Below are positions 1 to 9,071 of a stretch of DNA of 64,000 bases, one piece after another (position 1 is the stretch's first letter; each line of letters starts with the position of its first letter). This DNA comes from Ostreococcus lucimarinus (lineage: Eukaryota): assembly GCA_000092065.1 (NCBI GenBank), contig CP000597.1, one strand, 5' to 3'. A program made the translations under genes and the position numbers. The notes beneath the pieces are model-generated. The model ran no database searches. It saw only the letters and a list, made by a program, of their open reading frames with translations, and had not been told where the DNA came from.

Positions 1-1
1 G

Positions 2-1744
2 GGCGTCGGACGGTCGATCAAGGGCGTGGGGAATCTGCAGCAGACGCTCATGACGAACATGATGGTGAAGGTCATCGCGGGGGTGTCGGGAACGCTGAGC
101 GGGTTGTTGCTCGCGGGATTGGCGTATAAGGTGGTGGGAGGATATCAAGATGAGATAAAAGAGGCGAGGCGGGAGGTGCAGCGGCAACACCAGGAGAGGA
201 AGGCGCGATTGGCGCAGGTGAGACGATTGCTGAGCGGACCGCTGCGGGCGGCGGCGAAAGATTTGAGAAACAGATTGGAGTTTATATTAAAGGTGCCGCC
301 GAGACGTTCGAGCGGGGAACCGCCGAAGATTCGGGCGAATTATTTTGCGGCGCATTATCCCGATAATCCCAACGAAGCGGTGAATTCGACATTGTTTCGG
401 TTGTGTCGGTATTTGCACTGGGTCGAGCAGTTTCAACGCGGGGTGCAGTTGGAAGGCGTGAGCGAGCAGGACACGTGGCAGTTCGCGTTGGATCAACAGC
501 TTGATCGCGTGGCGATGGAGTTGGAGGTGAGCAACGAGCGCTACGACGCAACTGTACCGACAGAGCGTTTGACTGAGGTTTTCGCGCTCATACACGTTCG
601 TGAGGTGGAGAAGGAGAAGCGAGTCGAGGGCGACGGCGCTGACGACGGCGGAGACGAAGGTGAAAAGTTAGCGAGTAAACGGTCTATTTTTCGCCGAATC
701 GATTCCTCATTGAATGAGAAAACGACGGCAATGGAACCTTTAGAGGCTGCGGATTCGGCACCGAAGCGTCGCGTCGGACTCCTCAGCGCAGAGCCTCAGG
801 AACGTCTCAGTCGATTTCCGATGCGCTTGTTTCGCGACACGCAAGTCGCACTGGCGGAGGTTTTTGGTAAGCTCCACACACTTGAATCCGGCGCTGGTCA
901 GCCTCAACATGAAGGTAAGGTAAACCCGCACATGTTGTACACAGAGTTCGTCATGAAACTCGAAGAGGCGCAAATGCTCTACGAGCGCACCGTGGAAGAA
1001 CAAGCCTCCGAAGGTCTCGTTGATGCAGCCACAGTCTTGGTCGCGCAGCAAGAAAATCTCCAAGCCGATCCGTGGTTTAGATGGATGCTTCCGCTGCAGC
1101 TTCAAATTCGACGCTTGGCCATGCTACAGTCCCAGACGTCCAAGCTGTTAACGAGGAAGGAGGCTCGCGAACTCCTCGCCGCGAGGGCACGTTTGCGCGG
1201 CGTCCTCGACGGCTTGAACGGTTTACTTGACGTGCTCGACAGACGATTGGACGATCCGTTGTTCAACAAGCCCAAACACAATTTAAAGCAAAAGCACTTG
1301 GCGACGGCTAAAATCGCAACGAAGAAGGTAAAGTTGGAGGCGTTGAAGCGCGAAAAGTCACTGGCGCGATGGAACAAGTTGAAACAAGCGATCCCTTACG
1401 TCGCAAAGTATCGCCGCCTTCCACCTCCACCTGCGAGCAAGAGATATATCCGTTTAGTGACAGGAGATGAGTTACTGGCGTTCGTTCGACGGTATAAAGC
1501 GAAAGCCGTGGCGGGCGTCGTCTCTGCGGTGAGCACCGCCGTCGTGAGCACTGTCATCTCGAAAGTTGTCCAGCATCAAAACAAGCGGCCAAAAGCGGTT
1601 GAAATCGTGAAAACCGAGAGCGAAAGCGCTGAAAGCGAAGGCACGACTAAGGAGAAAAAGACGAACGATGAAGCAATCGAAGGTGAATTCGCACCGCCCA
1701 CGAAGACGCGTCCTAGACTTCGCAATAGTGTGAAAGTCAAGTGA
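2..1744 (+). CDS. Hypothetical protein, 5'-partial. It has an N-terminal hydrophobic segment and long Glu/Arg/Leu-rich predicted coiled-coil regions.
   Basis: A 572-aa ORF whose track start is a GTG. The frame stays open upstream to position 2, so the gene probably begins before the window. Codon usage is GC3-rich, like neighbouring genes. No family recognised. Confidence 0.45.
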   Translation, partial: GVGRSIKGVGNLQQTLMTNMMVKVIAGVSGTLSGLLLAGLAYKVVGGYQDEIKEARREVQRQHQERKARLAQVRRLLSGPLRAAAKDLRNRLEFILKVPPRRSSGEPPKIRANYFAAHYPDNPNEAVNSTLFRLCRYLHWVEQFQRGVQLEGVSEQDTWQFALDQQLDRVAMELEVSNERYDATVPTERLTEVFALIHVREVEKEKRVEGDGADDGGDEGEKLASKRSIFRRIDSSLNEKTTAMEPLEAADSAPKRRVGLLSAEPQERLSRFPMRLFRDTQVALAEVFGKLHTLESGAGQPQHEGKVNPHMLYTEFVMKLEEAQMLYERTVEEQASEGLVDAATVLVAQQENLQADPWFRWMLPLQLQIRRLAMLQSQTSKLLTRKEARELLAARARLRGVLDGLNGLLDVLDRRLDDPLFNKPKHNLKQKHLATAKIATKKVKLEALKREKSLARWNKLKQAIPYVAKYRRLPPPPASKRYIRLVTGDELLAFVRRYKAKAVAGVVSAVSTAVVSTVISKVVQHQNKRPKAVEIVKTESESAESEGTTKEKKTNDEAIEGEFAPPTKTRPRLRNSVKVK

Positions 1745-1781
1745 AGTAGCGGCGACCCGCGCGAAATGTGTAATTAAAACG

Positions 1782-1995
1782 TAAAATCGTAAAGTCTTTG
1801 TCGCTCGTTTTCATCCTCCTTTAAGTTCTTCTAAAGTCTTCTTATTCGCAATCTTGGTCGCTCTGTTAATGGCTCCCGCGGCGTAGTATAAAATCGTAAA
1901 GTCTTTGTCGCTCGTTTTCATCCTCCTTTAAGTTCTTCTAAAGTCTTCTTATTCGCAATCTTGGTCGCTCTGTTAATGGCTCCCGCGGCGTAGTA
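1782..1995. repeat. Perfect 107-bp direct tandem duplication: copy A 1782..1888, copy B 1889..1995.
   Basis: The two copies are identical by eye. Copy B carries the last ~26 codons plus stop (1918-1920, minus strand) of the 1918..4362 gene. Copy A duplicates that C-terminal fragment in the 3' flank. Confidence 0.9.
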
Positions 1996-4362
1996 CCACT
2001 CGGCCCACTGTATGACGCCGTCGCCGTTCAAATCAGCCGCTTTGGCAATTTTCTGAACGGTCGCGTTGTGAGAGTCCCACAACTTGGCACCCGGAACGAG
2101 GGTTTCGATGAACATATCAATCGTCTTCGCGAACTGCTCTTGATTGAGGTAGGGGAACGGAAACTTTTCATCCGGATTGGACGCGTTGGCTTCAAACAAC
2201 GCGAAGACCTCTTTGTCGAAATCGATTGCAACCGCCGACCTTGTCTCCGCAGAACCTCCAGCGTTCAAACCAGTGCGAGAGCCGATGGCGAACACATCTT
2301 GCGCGAAAGCTTCGATCGCTGAAACGAGTGATTCGTTCAATGCATCCGTAACCGCCGGCCCTGCAGATTCCATCACAGTCGCTTCGGCTCTTCTACTCAA
2401 ACCCGTGTTGAGTCGATGACCGACGACGGTCACCTCAAAATCAGAAGCTACTTGAGCGACGAAAGCAAGAACAAAAGCGTAAACGTTGCCCATGATCTCT
2501 TGAACCGAAGGGATGTCAGCAAAGTCCTTGGTGATCTCCCTCAACGCTCGCGCGTCCGGACGGAAGCGGCTGAGGTCCTTGACGTCGCGCTTCGGCGCTT
2601 GGCGCACCAGCATTCGGATTCTTCGCCCGAGCATGTCGAGCTCAAAATCGGACAACACTGTAGATAAAATATCCACTATGAGTTCAAAACAGTTAATGTA
2701 CAGCAAACGCTCAATGTTATCGGGAATAGCCTTGACGTTGTACATGGGATCGCGAAGGAGGTAGTCGACAAATTCCGAAATCGCCTCTCGAGTCTGCTTT
2801 TGTGCCTTTTTTCTCGCAGCTCTGCTCGGGTCTTCATCACCGTCGATGCTCACACCCAAAATTTGACGTGCCTCCGAGGCTATGTTGCTAAAGTCGCCTC
2901 TACGAATTTCGTTCCCCATTTGCTGCAGGAGGTCGCGGGCGCTGGGTGTCTTCTTCGCGGCGTCGCCTTCGTCGAATGTCAAGGCGTCGTCGTCGAACGA
3001 CGCTGACACGTTTGCTCCGCTCGACGGACTGAGCACACGCATAGAAATGTTGAAACCCAAGTTACTCAACACGGGCTCTTTTCCTATCTCACCGAACAAG
3101 CCGGTGAGGAGGTTGATGTACGTGTCGCGCTCGATTCGTCGGGGAAGAAACACTGACGAGATGGCCATCGCTCGAGTGTCCATATATTCATCGACGCACA
3201 CTTCGATAAGTTGCTTCACCGCGCGCTGCGTCTCCAAACGATCCTCGTCGGAAAAGGAGATGTTTGCAAACGCCTCTCGAGTATCGTCGTCGTAAGGCTC
3301 TAACGCAAACTCCACGGTGAATCCTTTAATCTTTGCCTCCATCGTGAGCGCCTCGGATAACATACCCACCGCAACCTTGGCGACGTTTTCTTGGAGATGC
3401 GGGAACAGATTTGTCGGTGGCGGGGCTTTGAGCTCTTCGCGCGCAATCTTGCGGAGCGTTTGATTCGACAGATTCGGCACGATGTCTAAGTAGCCGTCGC
3501 CGCTCGCGACGAGCTTAGTCCTTCGCCCTTCCGCCATGCCATCCTCTTCGCTCGACACTTCAAAGACGAATTCCCGGTCGAAAAGTTGCAACTTGAACGT
3601 TTTTAACGTATCTTCGAACACGGTCCATCCCGTGAGCGCGCCGTTCGTGTAGAGCTTCCTTTCGAGCGGCCCGGGTAACAAGACGGGAATCCCGCTCGTT
3701 TCGCCGACGACGTCGCCGATAAACTTTGCGAGCTCCTGCTCCTTGATACCACTCTTTTCCGGAACGTGTCTGGCGTCCAGATAATCGCTCATGATCAGAG
3801 GATGCCCCAAAACGCTCGCTCCGACGAGGTTCTGTCGTAAGTTCTTCATCGCCGACGCGTACGCCGCCTTGCAAACCTCGCGATACACCTCGCTCTCCGC
3901 GAACTCCGGAACGAACGGAATATCGTACGCATCGTTAATAATCTTCGCGTAACGATCCAAAACCTTCGCCTCCGCGGATTTCTTCTTCCCTCTCGACGCC
4001 CTGGCCAGCGCCACCGCGGCGGCCCCTCCCGCGACCGCGACGCCCGCGCCCGCCGCCGCGCTCGCCCCCGCCCCGCGCGTCCCCTCCCGCGCTCGCGCTT
4101 CCGCCGCCGTCGACACCGACGCCACCATCTTCGTCCCATCGCGCGCGCGCGCCGGTCGCAATCCCTCCATCGCGTCCTTCGCCGTCCTCTTCGCGCCCTC
4201 GTCCGTCTTCTTCGCGTTCGCGTTCGCGTTCGCGTTCGCGTTCGCGCGTCCCGCGCCCCGCGCCGGTCGCCCTCGCCGATCGCGCGTCCGTCCGACCCGC
4301 GCGCGCGTCGTCGACCCGCGTCCGCCGGTCGTCGCGCGCGCGCGAGACGCTCGCGTCGCCAT
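1918..4362 (-). CDS. Hypothetical 814-aa protein. Its C-terminus has one canonical EF-hand loop (DLNGDGVIQWAE). Its N-terminus is Arg/Ala-rich and may be a targeting sequence.
   Basis: Long uninterrupted ORF with GC3-rich codons. The EF-hand 12-residue loop consensus D-x-N-x-D-G-x-I-x-x-x-E sits directly before the stop. The ANANANANANA stretch is encoded by the (TTCGCG)6 repeat at 4211..4246. Confidence 0.6.
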   Translation of the reverse strand: MATRASRARATTGGRGSTTRARVGRTRDRRGRPARGAGRANANANANANAKKTDEGAKRTAKDAMEGLRPARARDGTKMVASVSTAAEARAREGTRGAGASAAAGAGVAVAGGAAAVALARASRGKKKSAEAKVLDRYAKIINDAYDIPFVPEFAESEVYREVCKAAYASAMKNLRQNLVGASVLGHPLIMSDYLDARHVPEKSGIKEQELAKFIGDVVGETSGIPVLLPGPLERKLYTNGALTGWTVFEDTLKTFKLQLFDREFVFEVSSEEDGMAEGRRTKLVASGDGYLDIVPNLSNQTLRKIAREELKAPPPTNLFPHLQENVAKVAVGMLSEALTMEAKIKGFTVEFALEPYDDDTREAFANISFSDEDRLETQRAVKQLIEVCVDEYMDTRAMAISSVFLPRRIERDTYINLLTGLFGEIGKEPVLSNLGFNISMRVLSPSSGANVSASFDDDALTFDEGDAAKKTPSARDLLQQMGNEIRRGDFSNIASEARQILGVSIDGDEDPSRAARKKAQKQTREAISEFVDYLLRDPMYNVKAIPDNIERLLYINCFELIVDILSTVLSDFELDMLGRRIRMLVRQAPKRDVKDLSRFRPDARALREITKDFADIPSVQEIMGNVYAFVLAFVAQVASDFEVTVVGHRLNTGLSRRAEATVMESAGPAVTDALNESLVSAIEAFAQDVFAIGSRTGLNAGGSAETRSAVAIDFDKEVFALFEANASNPDEKFPFPYLNQEQFAKTIDMFIETLVPGAKLWDSHNATVQKIAKAADLNGDGVIQWAEWYYAAGAINRATKIANKKTLEELKGG
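4211..4246. repeat. Hexanucleotide microsatellite (TTCGCG)6 inside the coding sequence.
   Basis: Read directly: ttcgcg x6. It encodes (AN)n on the minus strand, in the N-terminal region of the 1918..4362 gene. Confidence 0.85.
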
Positions 4363-4716
4363 CGCGTCCGCGCTCGCCCTTCGTTCGTGCGTTCGTTCGA
4401 GCGATTAATCGATCGATCGGGTCGATGAATCGATCGATTAATCGAGCGGGCGTTCGCGCGCGCGCGCGCTCGATCCGCCGTGTCGTCGCCGCGCGATCGC
4501 GCTCGATCCGCGCGCGCGCGATCGTCCTCGCGCGCGAACGTCTCGAGCTCGCCGCGCGTCCGCGCGGGGGGGAACGATCGCGCGCGACGCGGAAGAGGTC
4601 TGTGTTTTTAGGAGACGTCGATTTTCGACGCGCGACGCGCGCCGCGGAGACCGACGGCGAAACCGCGCGGGTTCGGAATGGATGACGTCGCGCTGTGTAA
4701 AACTGTGACTTTACGA

Positions 4717-4818
4717 AACTTGAAAAGACTTGAAACGCGCGACGACTGGATAAAACTTGAAAAGACTTGAAACGCGCGACGACTGGATAAAACTTGAAAA
4801 GACTTGAAACGCGCGACG
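4717..4818. repeat. 37-bp minisatellite, about 2.8 copies (unit aacttgaaaagacttgaaacgcgcgacgactggataa).
   Basis: Copies at 4717-4753, 4754-4790 and 4791-4818 (the last truncated). It lies in the intergenic spacer between the 3' end of the RCC1-repeat gene and the 5' end of the 1918..4362 gene. Confidence 0.85.
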
Positions 4819-4955
4819 GGCCGCGCCACCGTTTTGTAACCGCGCGCGGTCGTCGGTACGGCTGAAGTTTGTCGCGAGCGCGACGACCTCTTCCATGCAA
4901 ACGCACGACGATGGTATAGCGAGAAGGGCGGTGATTGCGAGGACGACGAGCGCGC

Positions 4956-6086
4956 TCACGTTTGAATAACGATGACTTGCGGCTGTTGCGGCGTAACGGC
5001 GACGGGAGCGCCGCGGGTGGGGATGCCGAGGCGCGCGCGGAGCTTGTCGTCGGCGCGGCGGCGCGACCTGACGCAGAGCCCGATGAGAGTCAAGATGATG
5101 ACGAACGCAATACAACCGACGGCAATACCGGCGATTTCAACGTCGCTCAACGTATCCGCGGAGCGCAACGGAACGATGGTGCCCGGAACGCCGCCGCCAC
5201 CCGAGGAGCCACCCGCGGAGACTGACGTCGTCGTCGTGATGCCCAAAACCTGGACGGGAATATTCGAGCTTGTAGTAGCGTTGTTTCCGAGCTGACCTTT
5301 GTCATTGTAACCCCAGCACTGCACCGTGTCGCCGGCGAGCGTGGCGCAATTGAAGTCGTAACCCGCGGAGACTGACGTCGCCGTCGTGATGTTGGAAACC
5401 TGGACGGGAATATTCGAGCTTGTAGTAGTGCCGTCTCCGAGCTGACTATTGACATTGACACCCCAGCACTGCACCGTGCCGTCGGCGAGCATGGCGCAAT
5501 TGTGGCTGCCACCCGCGGAGACCGACGTCGCCGTCGTGATGCCCGAAACCAGGACAGGAGTAAGTCGGTTTGTCTTAGTGCCGTCTCCGAGCCGACCGTC
5601 GAGATTGTAACCCCAGCACTGCACCGTGCCGTCGGCGAGCATGGCGCACGTGTGGGCGCCACCCGTGGAGACCGACGTCGCCGTCGTGATGCCCGAAACC
5701 AGGACAGGAGTAGGTCGGTGTGTAGTAGTGCCGTCTCCGAGCTGACCTTTGTCATTGTAACCCCAGCACTGCACCGTGCCGTCGGCGAGCGTGGCGCACG
5801 TGTGGCCGCCACCCGCGGAGACTGACGTCGCCGTCGTGATGCCCGAAACCAGGACGGGAGTAAGTCGGTTTGTAGTAGTGCCGTCTCCGAGCTGACCGTT
5901 GGCATTGTAACCCCAGCTCTGCACCGTGCCGTCGGCGAGCAGGGCGCACGTGTGGCTGCCACTCATGGAGCCACCCGCGGAGACTGACGTCGCCGTCGTG
6001 ATGCCCGAAACCAGGACGGGAGTAAGTCGGTATATAGTAGTGCCGTCAGCGAGCTGACCGTCGCCATTGCTACCCCAGCACTGCAC
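4956..6086 (-). CDS. RCC1-repeat (beta-propeller) protein with a C-terminal transmembrane anchor. At least 6 RCC1-like repeats (WGxNxxGQLGDGTTT...HTCAxLADGTVQCWG).
   Basis: The repeat signature is typical of RCC1/HERC blades. The hydrophobic stretch IAGIAVGCIAFVIILTLIGLCV followed by RSRRR looks like a membrane anchor. The ORF begins at a GTG. The same frame continues upstream to an ATG at 6282-6284 and is interrupted only by an in-frame TAG at 6207-6209 (see findings). Confidence 0.7.
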   Translation of the reverse strand: MQCWGSNGDGQLADGTTIYRLTPVLVSGITTATSVSAGGSMSGSHTCALLADGTVQSWGYNANGQLGDGTTTNRLTPVLVSGITTATSVSAGGGHTCATLADGTVQCWGYNDKGQLGDGTTTHRPTPVLVSGITTATSVSTGGAHTCAMLADGTVQCWGYNLDGRLGDGTKTNRLTPVLVSGITTATSVSAGGSHNCAMLADGTVQCWGVNVNSQLGDGTTTSSNIPVQVSNITTATSVSAGYDFNCATLAGDTVQCWGYNDKGQLGNNATTSSNIPVQVLGITTTTSVSAGGSSGGGGVPGTIVPLRSADTLSDVEIAGIAVGCIAFVIILTLIGLCVRSRRRADDKLRARLGIPTRGAPVAVTPQQPQVIVIQT

Positions 6087-6803
6087 CGTGCCGTCGGCGA
6101 GCGTGGCGCACGCGTGGTCGCCGTGTCTCGCGGAGACCGACGTCGCCGTCGTGATGTTGACAACCTGGACGGCGGTATGTCGCTCAACCTTCGACCCGTC
6201 TCCGAGCTAACCGTTGTCATTGATACCCCAGCAATACACCGCGCCGCCGATCTCGACGCACATGCGAGAGTAACCGTTACCCATCGCGCGCGATTCGAAA
6301 ACCCTTCGATCGCCCGCTCGCCCGCGGCTCGTCCGCGCCGCGCGCGTCGCCCGTCGCGCACCGCCCGGGTCTCTCGCGCCGCGCGCGTCGCGATCGGTTC
6401 CTCTCGCACCGACGGTCGCGCGCGCGAGTCCGGCGACGGCGCGCGCGCGACGCGACGCGACGGCGAAAACTCAAAACCCAACGCGGGCGTCCGAGTCCGA
6501 GTCGACGCCCCGTCGACGCGTCGTGTCTGACGCGTAAAATGTTAGAAATCTGAAGAGTAAAATATGACGTATAGCTTTCCCTAGTTAACCTATAATTGTA
6601 ATCATCATCACTCATCGACGCACTAGGCCCGATTGCTCACGATCATATAAGGTATAGCTCGCAAAAACGGGCCTTTTCTGAAACTCGATTTTTGCTAGGG
6701 TTTAGCGACTCCGGTTTTCCGACGGAGGAATTGCGTGCGGGTAGTTCGCATCGTCGGTACTCGTCGACGCCACTCGTCGTTGCGCGAGTTGATCGATATA
6801 CTC

Positions 6804-7085
6804 ATGGGCGCGTGCTTCGGGCGATTCATGGGAGAGACCCAGGCGGAAGAATGGGAACGAAAGCAACGAAAGCTCGAGAAGAAACGAGCCAAGGATGAAC
6901 AGTGCAAACGGGACAACGAAATTTTAAAGGCTGTCTTCAAGGAGGAGGTTCGGGACCTCATCGGTGGCATTCCGGTGCTTCAAAACTTCATCGAGCGACG
7001 GTCGGGGCGAAAAATTACGGCTCGCACAAAAGATGAGAAGATGCGTGACCATGAGGCAGCGCAACGTATAGGGAAGCCCGTTTAA
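6804..7085 (+). CDS. Small hypothetical protein (93 aa from the first ATG) beginning MGACFG, then a charged coiled segment.
   Basis: The ORF sits in an AT-richer island and has lower GC3 than neighbours. The N-terminus fits an N-myristoylation (Gly2) and Cys4 palmitoylation pattern. No homology recognised. The track start at 6735 is a GTG. Confidence 0.25.
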   Translation: MGACFGRFMGETQAEEWERKQRKLEKKRAKDEQCKRDNEILKAVFKEEVRDLIGGIPVLQNFIERRSGRKITARTKDEKMRDHEAAQRIGKPV

Positions 7086-7328
7086 GGCCCGCGGCCTAAC
7101 TGACCGCCAGTAGCTCGCATAAAACGTGACGTGTGATCGCGCGGGGTCGGGTCGAATCCGACGACGCGACGCGCGCGCGAGGCTCGATCGCGCGATTTCT
7201 TCGAAAAAGCGCGCGTTCGGGCGAAAGCGTTCCCCATCGCCGCGCCCCGCGCGCGATAAAAAGAGCAGCATAGGGTTAGGGTTCGGCGACGCCGGCGATC
7301 CGACGATCGCGCGCCGCCGGGCGACGCA

Positions 7329-7352
7329 CGCGCGCGCGCGCGCGCGCGCGGC
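7329..7352. repeat. (CG)n dinucleotide run of about 11-12 units.
   Basis: Read directly as cgcgcgcg... It lies in the 3' flank of the FF-domain gene. Confidence 0.8.
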
Positions 7353-7861
7353 GTCGACGTCGGGCGCGCGCGGTCGAGGCGCGCGCGATCGGATCGCGAC
7401 GAGGTACGGGCGCGCGTGAAGGGACACCTTCGGTGACGCGAGCGTCGAATCGCGATCGCGAACACGCGCCGCGCGGGTCGACGTTCGTTCGACGCGCGCG
7501 GTGCGGCGGAAAATCGGACGACGCGCGACGACCACCGGGCGAAAATCCCCGGGCGCTGCGGCAGAGAGTGTCGGGTCGCGATGACCAGGACCTGGACGCG
7601 CTCGCGCGCGGGAAACCGCGAGCGGGACGTCGAGTAACTCGCCGAGGCACAGTCATGTGTCCACCGCGGAGACAACGCGGGAACTCAACGGGGTTTACTC
7701 TGAACGCTGACGCCCTCCCCAGTCGTGACGATGCGAACAGGACGCGCGAGAAAACGCGAGGGAACGCGCGAAACGCGGCGTTTGTGAACGCCCGCACTCG
7801 ACGAAAGAATTGTTTTTCGGCGAGAGGCAAACTAATTAACGCTCTAAACGCTTCGACGGAG

Positions 7862-8875
7862 CTACTCGGAGACGGCGCCGTCTTCGTCTTCGTCTTCGTC
7901 TTCGTCTTCGCCGTCTTCGACTCGATCGTCGCCGATTTTTACGCCGTGGCGCGATAAAATATCGATCGCGCACTCGGTCCATATTTGTTTTTTGTCGCCG
8001 TCGCTCACGAAGGCGAACAAGACGTCGTCGACGAGCTCGAACTCGTCCTCCGCGGCGCGCGCGTAGGCGAGCGCGCCGTCGAAGATGACGTCCAGCGCGC
8101 TCGCGCGTCTTCGAGCGCGAGCCTCGTTCGCGGCGGTTTCGTCGCTCAACTCTCTCACGACGAGCTTATCTATGATTCTACGCGCCAGTTTTTCAAATTC
8201 CGCCTTCAACGACGCCTCGACGGCGAGTCGATGCGCCTCGTACAGCGTCCTCGCGCGCGCCTCCCCTCCGCGCAATCTCGACACGTCGTCCCGACCCATG
8301 GGATCGCCCACCAAGTCCCGTCGAAACGCTTCGTCGTACGAACGCGCGTACGTCTTCACGCGTTCGGCGCACAACGCCTGAAACGCCGCCTCCGCCTCGT
8401 CGTCCAACAATCGCTCCTTCCGAAACCGCGCCTCGCGTTCATCCCTTCGCCGTCGTTCGCTCGCCTCCGACTCCCTCGCCCTCAACGCTCGCGCCCTCCG
8501 CGCGTCCGCGTCCGCCTCGTCTTCCCCCCGCGCCGCCCTTCGTCTCTTCTCCCCCTCCCTCTTCTCCTCCGCCGCGCGTCGCCGCAGCGCGTCGAACGCC
8601 GCGCGTCGCTCCGAGTGCGTCTTCAGCGCGCGAAACCGCGCGTCGCGCCGCATCTTCATCAGCGCGCGCTCCCAGCGCGCGTCCGCGAGTCCGTCGCCCA
8701 GCCGCGCGCGCACCATCGCCTCGAACGCCTCGACGTCCGCGCGCTTTTCCGTCGTCGCGCGTCGCCACTGCGCGTCGAAATTCGACGATTCGTCGTCGCG
8801 CGTCCCGTCGGTCGCGTCGTCGTCGTACGCGTCCGGGTCGAGGACGACGCCCGCGGCGTCGGCCGCCGTCGCCAT
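7862..8875 (-). CDS. FF-domain-containing protein, likely in the PRP40/TCERG1 family of transcription and splicing factors, with an acidic C-terminal tail (EDEDEDED).
   Basis: Two to three ~55-aa segments match the FF-domain pattern (aromatic...W...RF/RA...F), for example EAFEAMVRARL...WERALMKM...FRALKTHSERRAAFDAL and AEAAFQALCAERVKTYARSYDEAFRRDL. Start taken at the MATAAD ATG (8873-8875). The track start at 8932 is not an ATG-supported N-terminus. Confidence 0.5.
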   Translation of the reverse strand: MATAADAAGVVLDPDAYDDDATDGTRDDESSNFDAQWRRATTEKRADVEAFEAMVRARLGDGLADARWERALMKMRRDARFRALKTHSERRAAFDALRRRAAEEKREGEKRRRAARGEDEADADARRARALRARESEASERRRRDEREARFRKERLLDDEAEAAFQALCAERVKTYARSYDEAFRRDLVGDPMGRDDVSRLRGGEARARTLYEAHRLAVEASLKAEFEKLARRIIDKLVVRELSDETAANEARARRRASALDVIFDGALAYARAAEDEFELVDDVLFAFVSDGDKKQIWTECAIDILSRHGVKIGDDRVEDGEDEDEDEDEDGAVSE

Positions 8876-9071
8876 CGCCGCGGCGCGGAGTGGCGCGCGT
8901 CGCCGCCTCGTCACTGACACCCATACCCACACGTCCGAACACTCTCGATTTATTTATCGGCCCAACATCAAAAAAGCGTCGCTGGATCACGTACGCCGGT
9001 GCGCGCGAACGCGATGAAGGATTCAGGTCAACTCGCTTTTCCCGCGCGCGCGCACACGACGACGCGCGGCG

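Noticed and set aside
5147-6481. ORFs 5147..5962 and 5963..6481 (minus) overlapping the RCC1-repeat gene in other frames.
   Set aside because: They are alternative-frame readings of the 156-bp periodic blade-encoding repeat. They are Arg/Ser-rich with no domain signature.
7141-7170. tRNA T-arm-like element gtcgg-gtcgaat-ccgac.
   Set aside because: There is no acceptor-stem pairing, D-arm or anticodon arm in the flanking 70 nt. It is most likely a fortuitous hairpin in GC-rich spacer.
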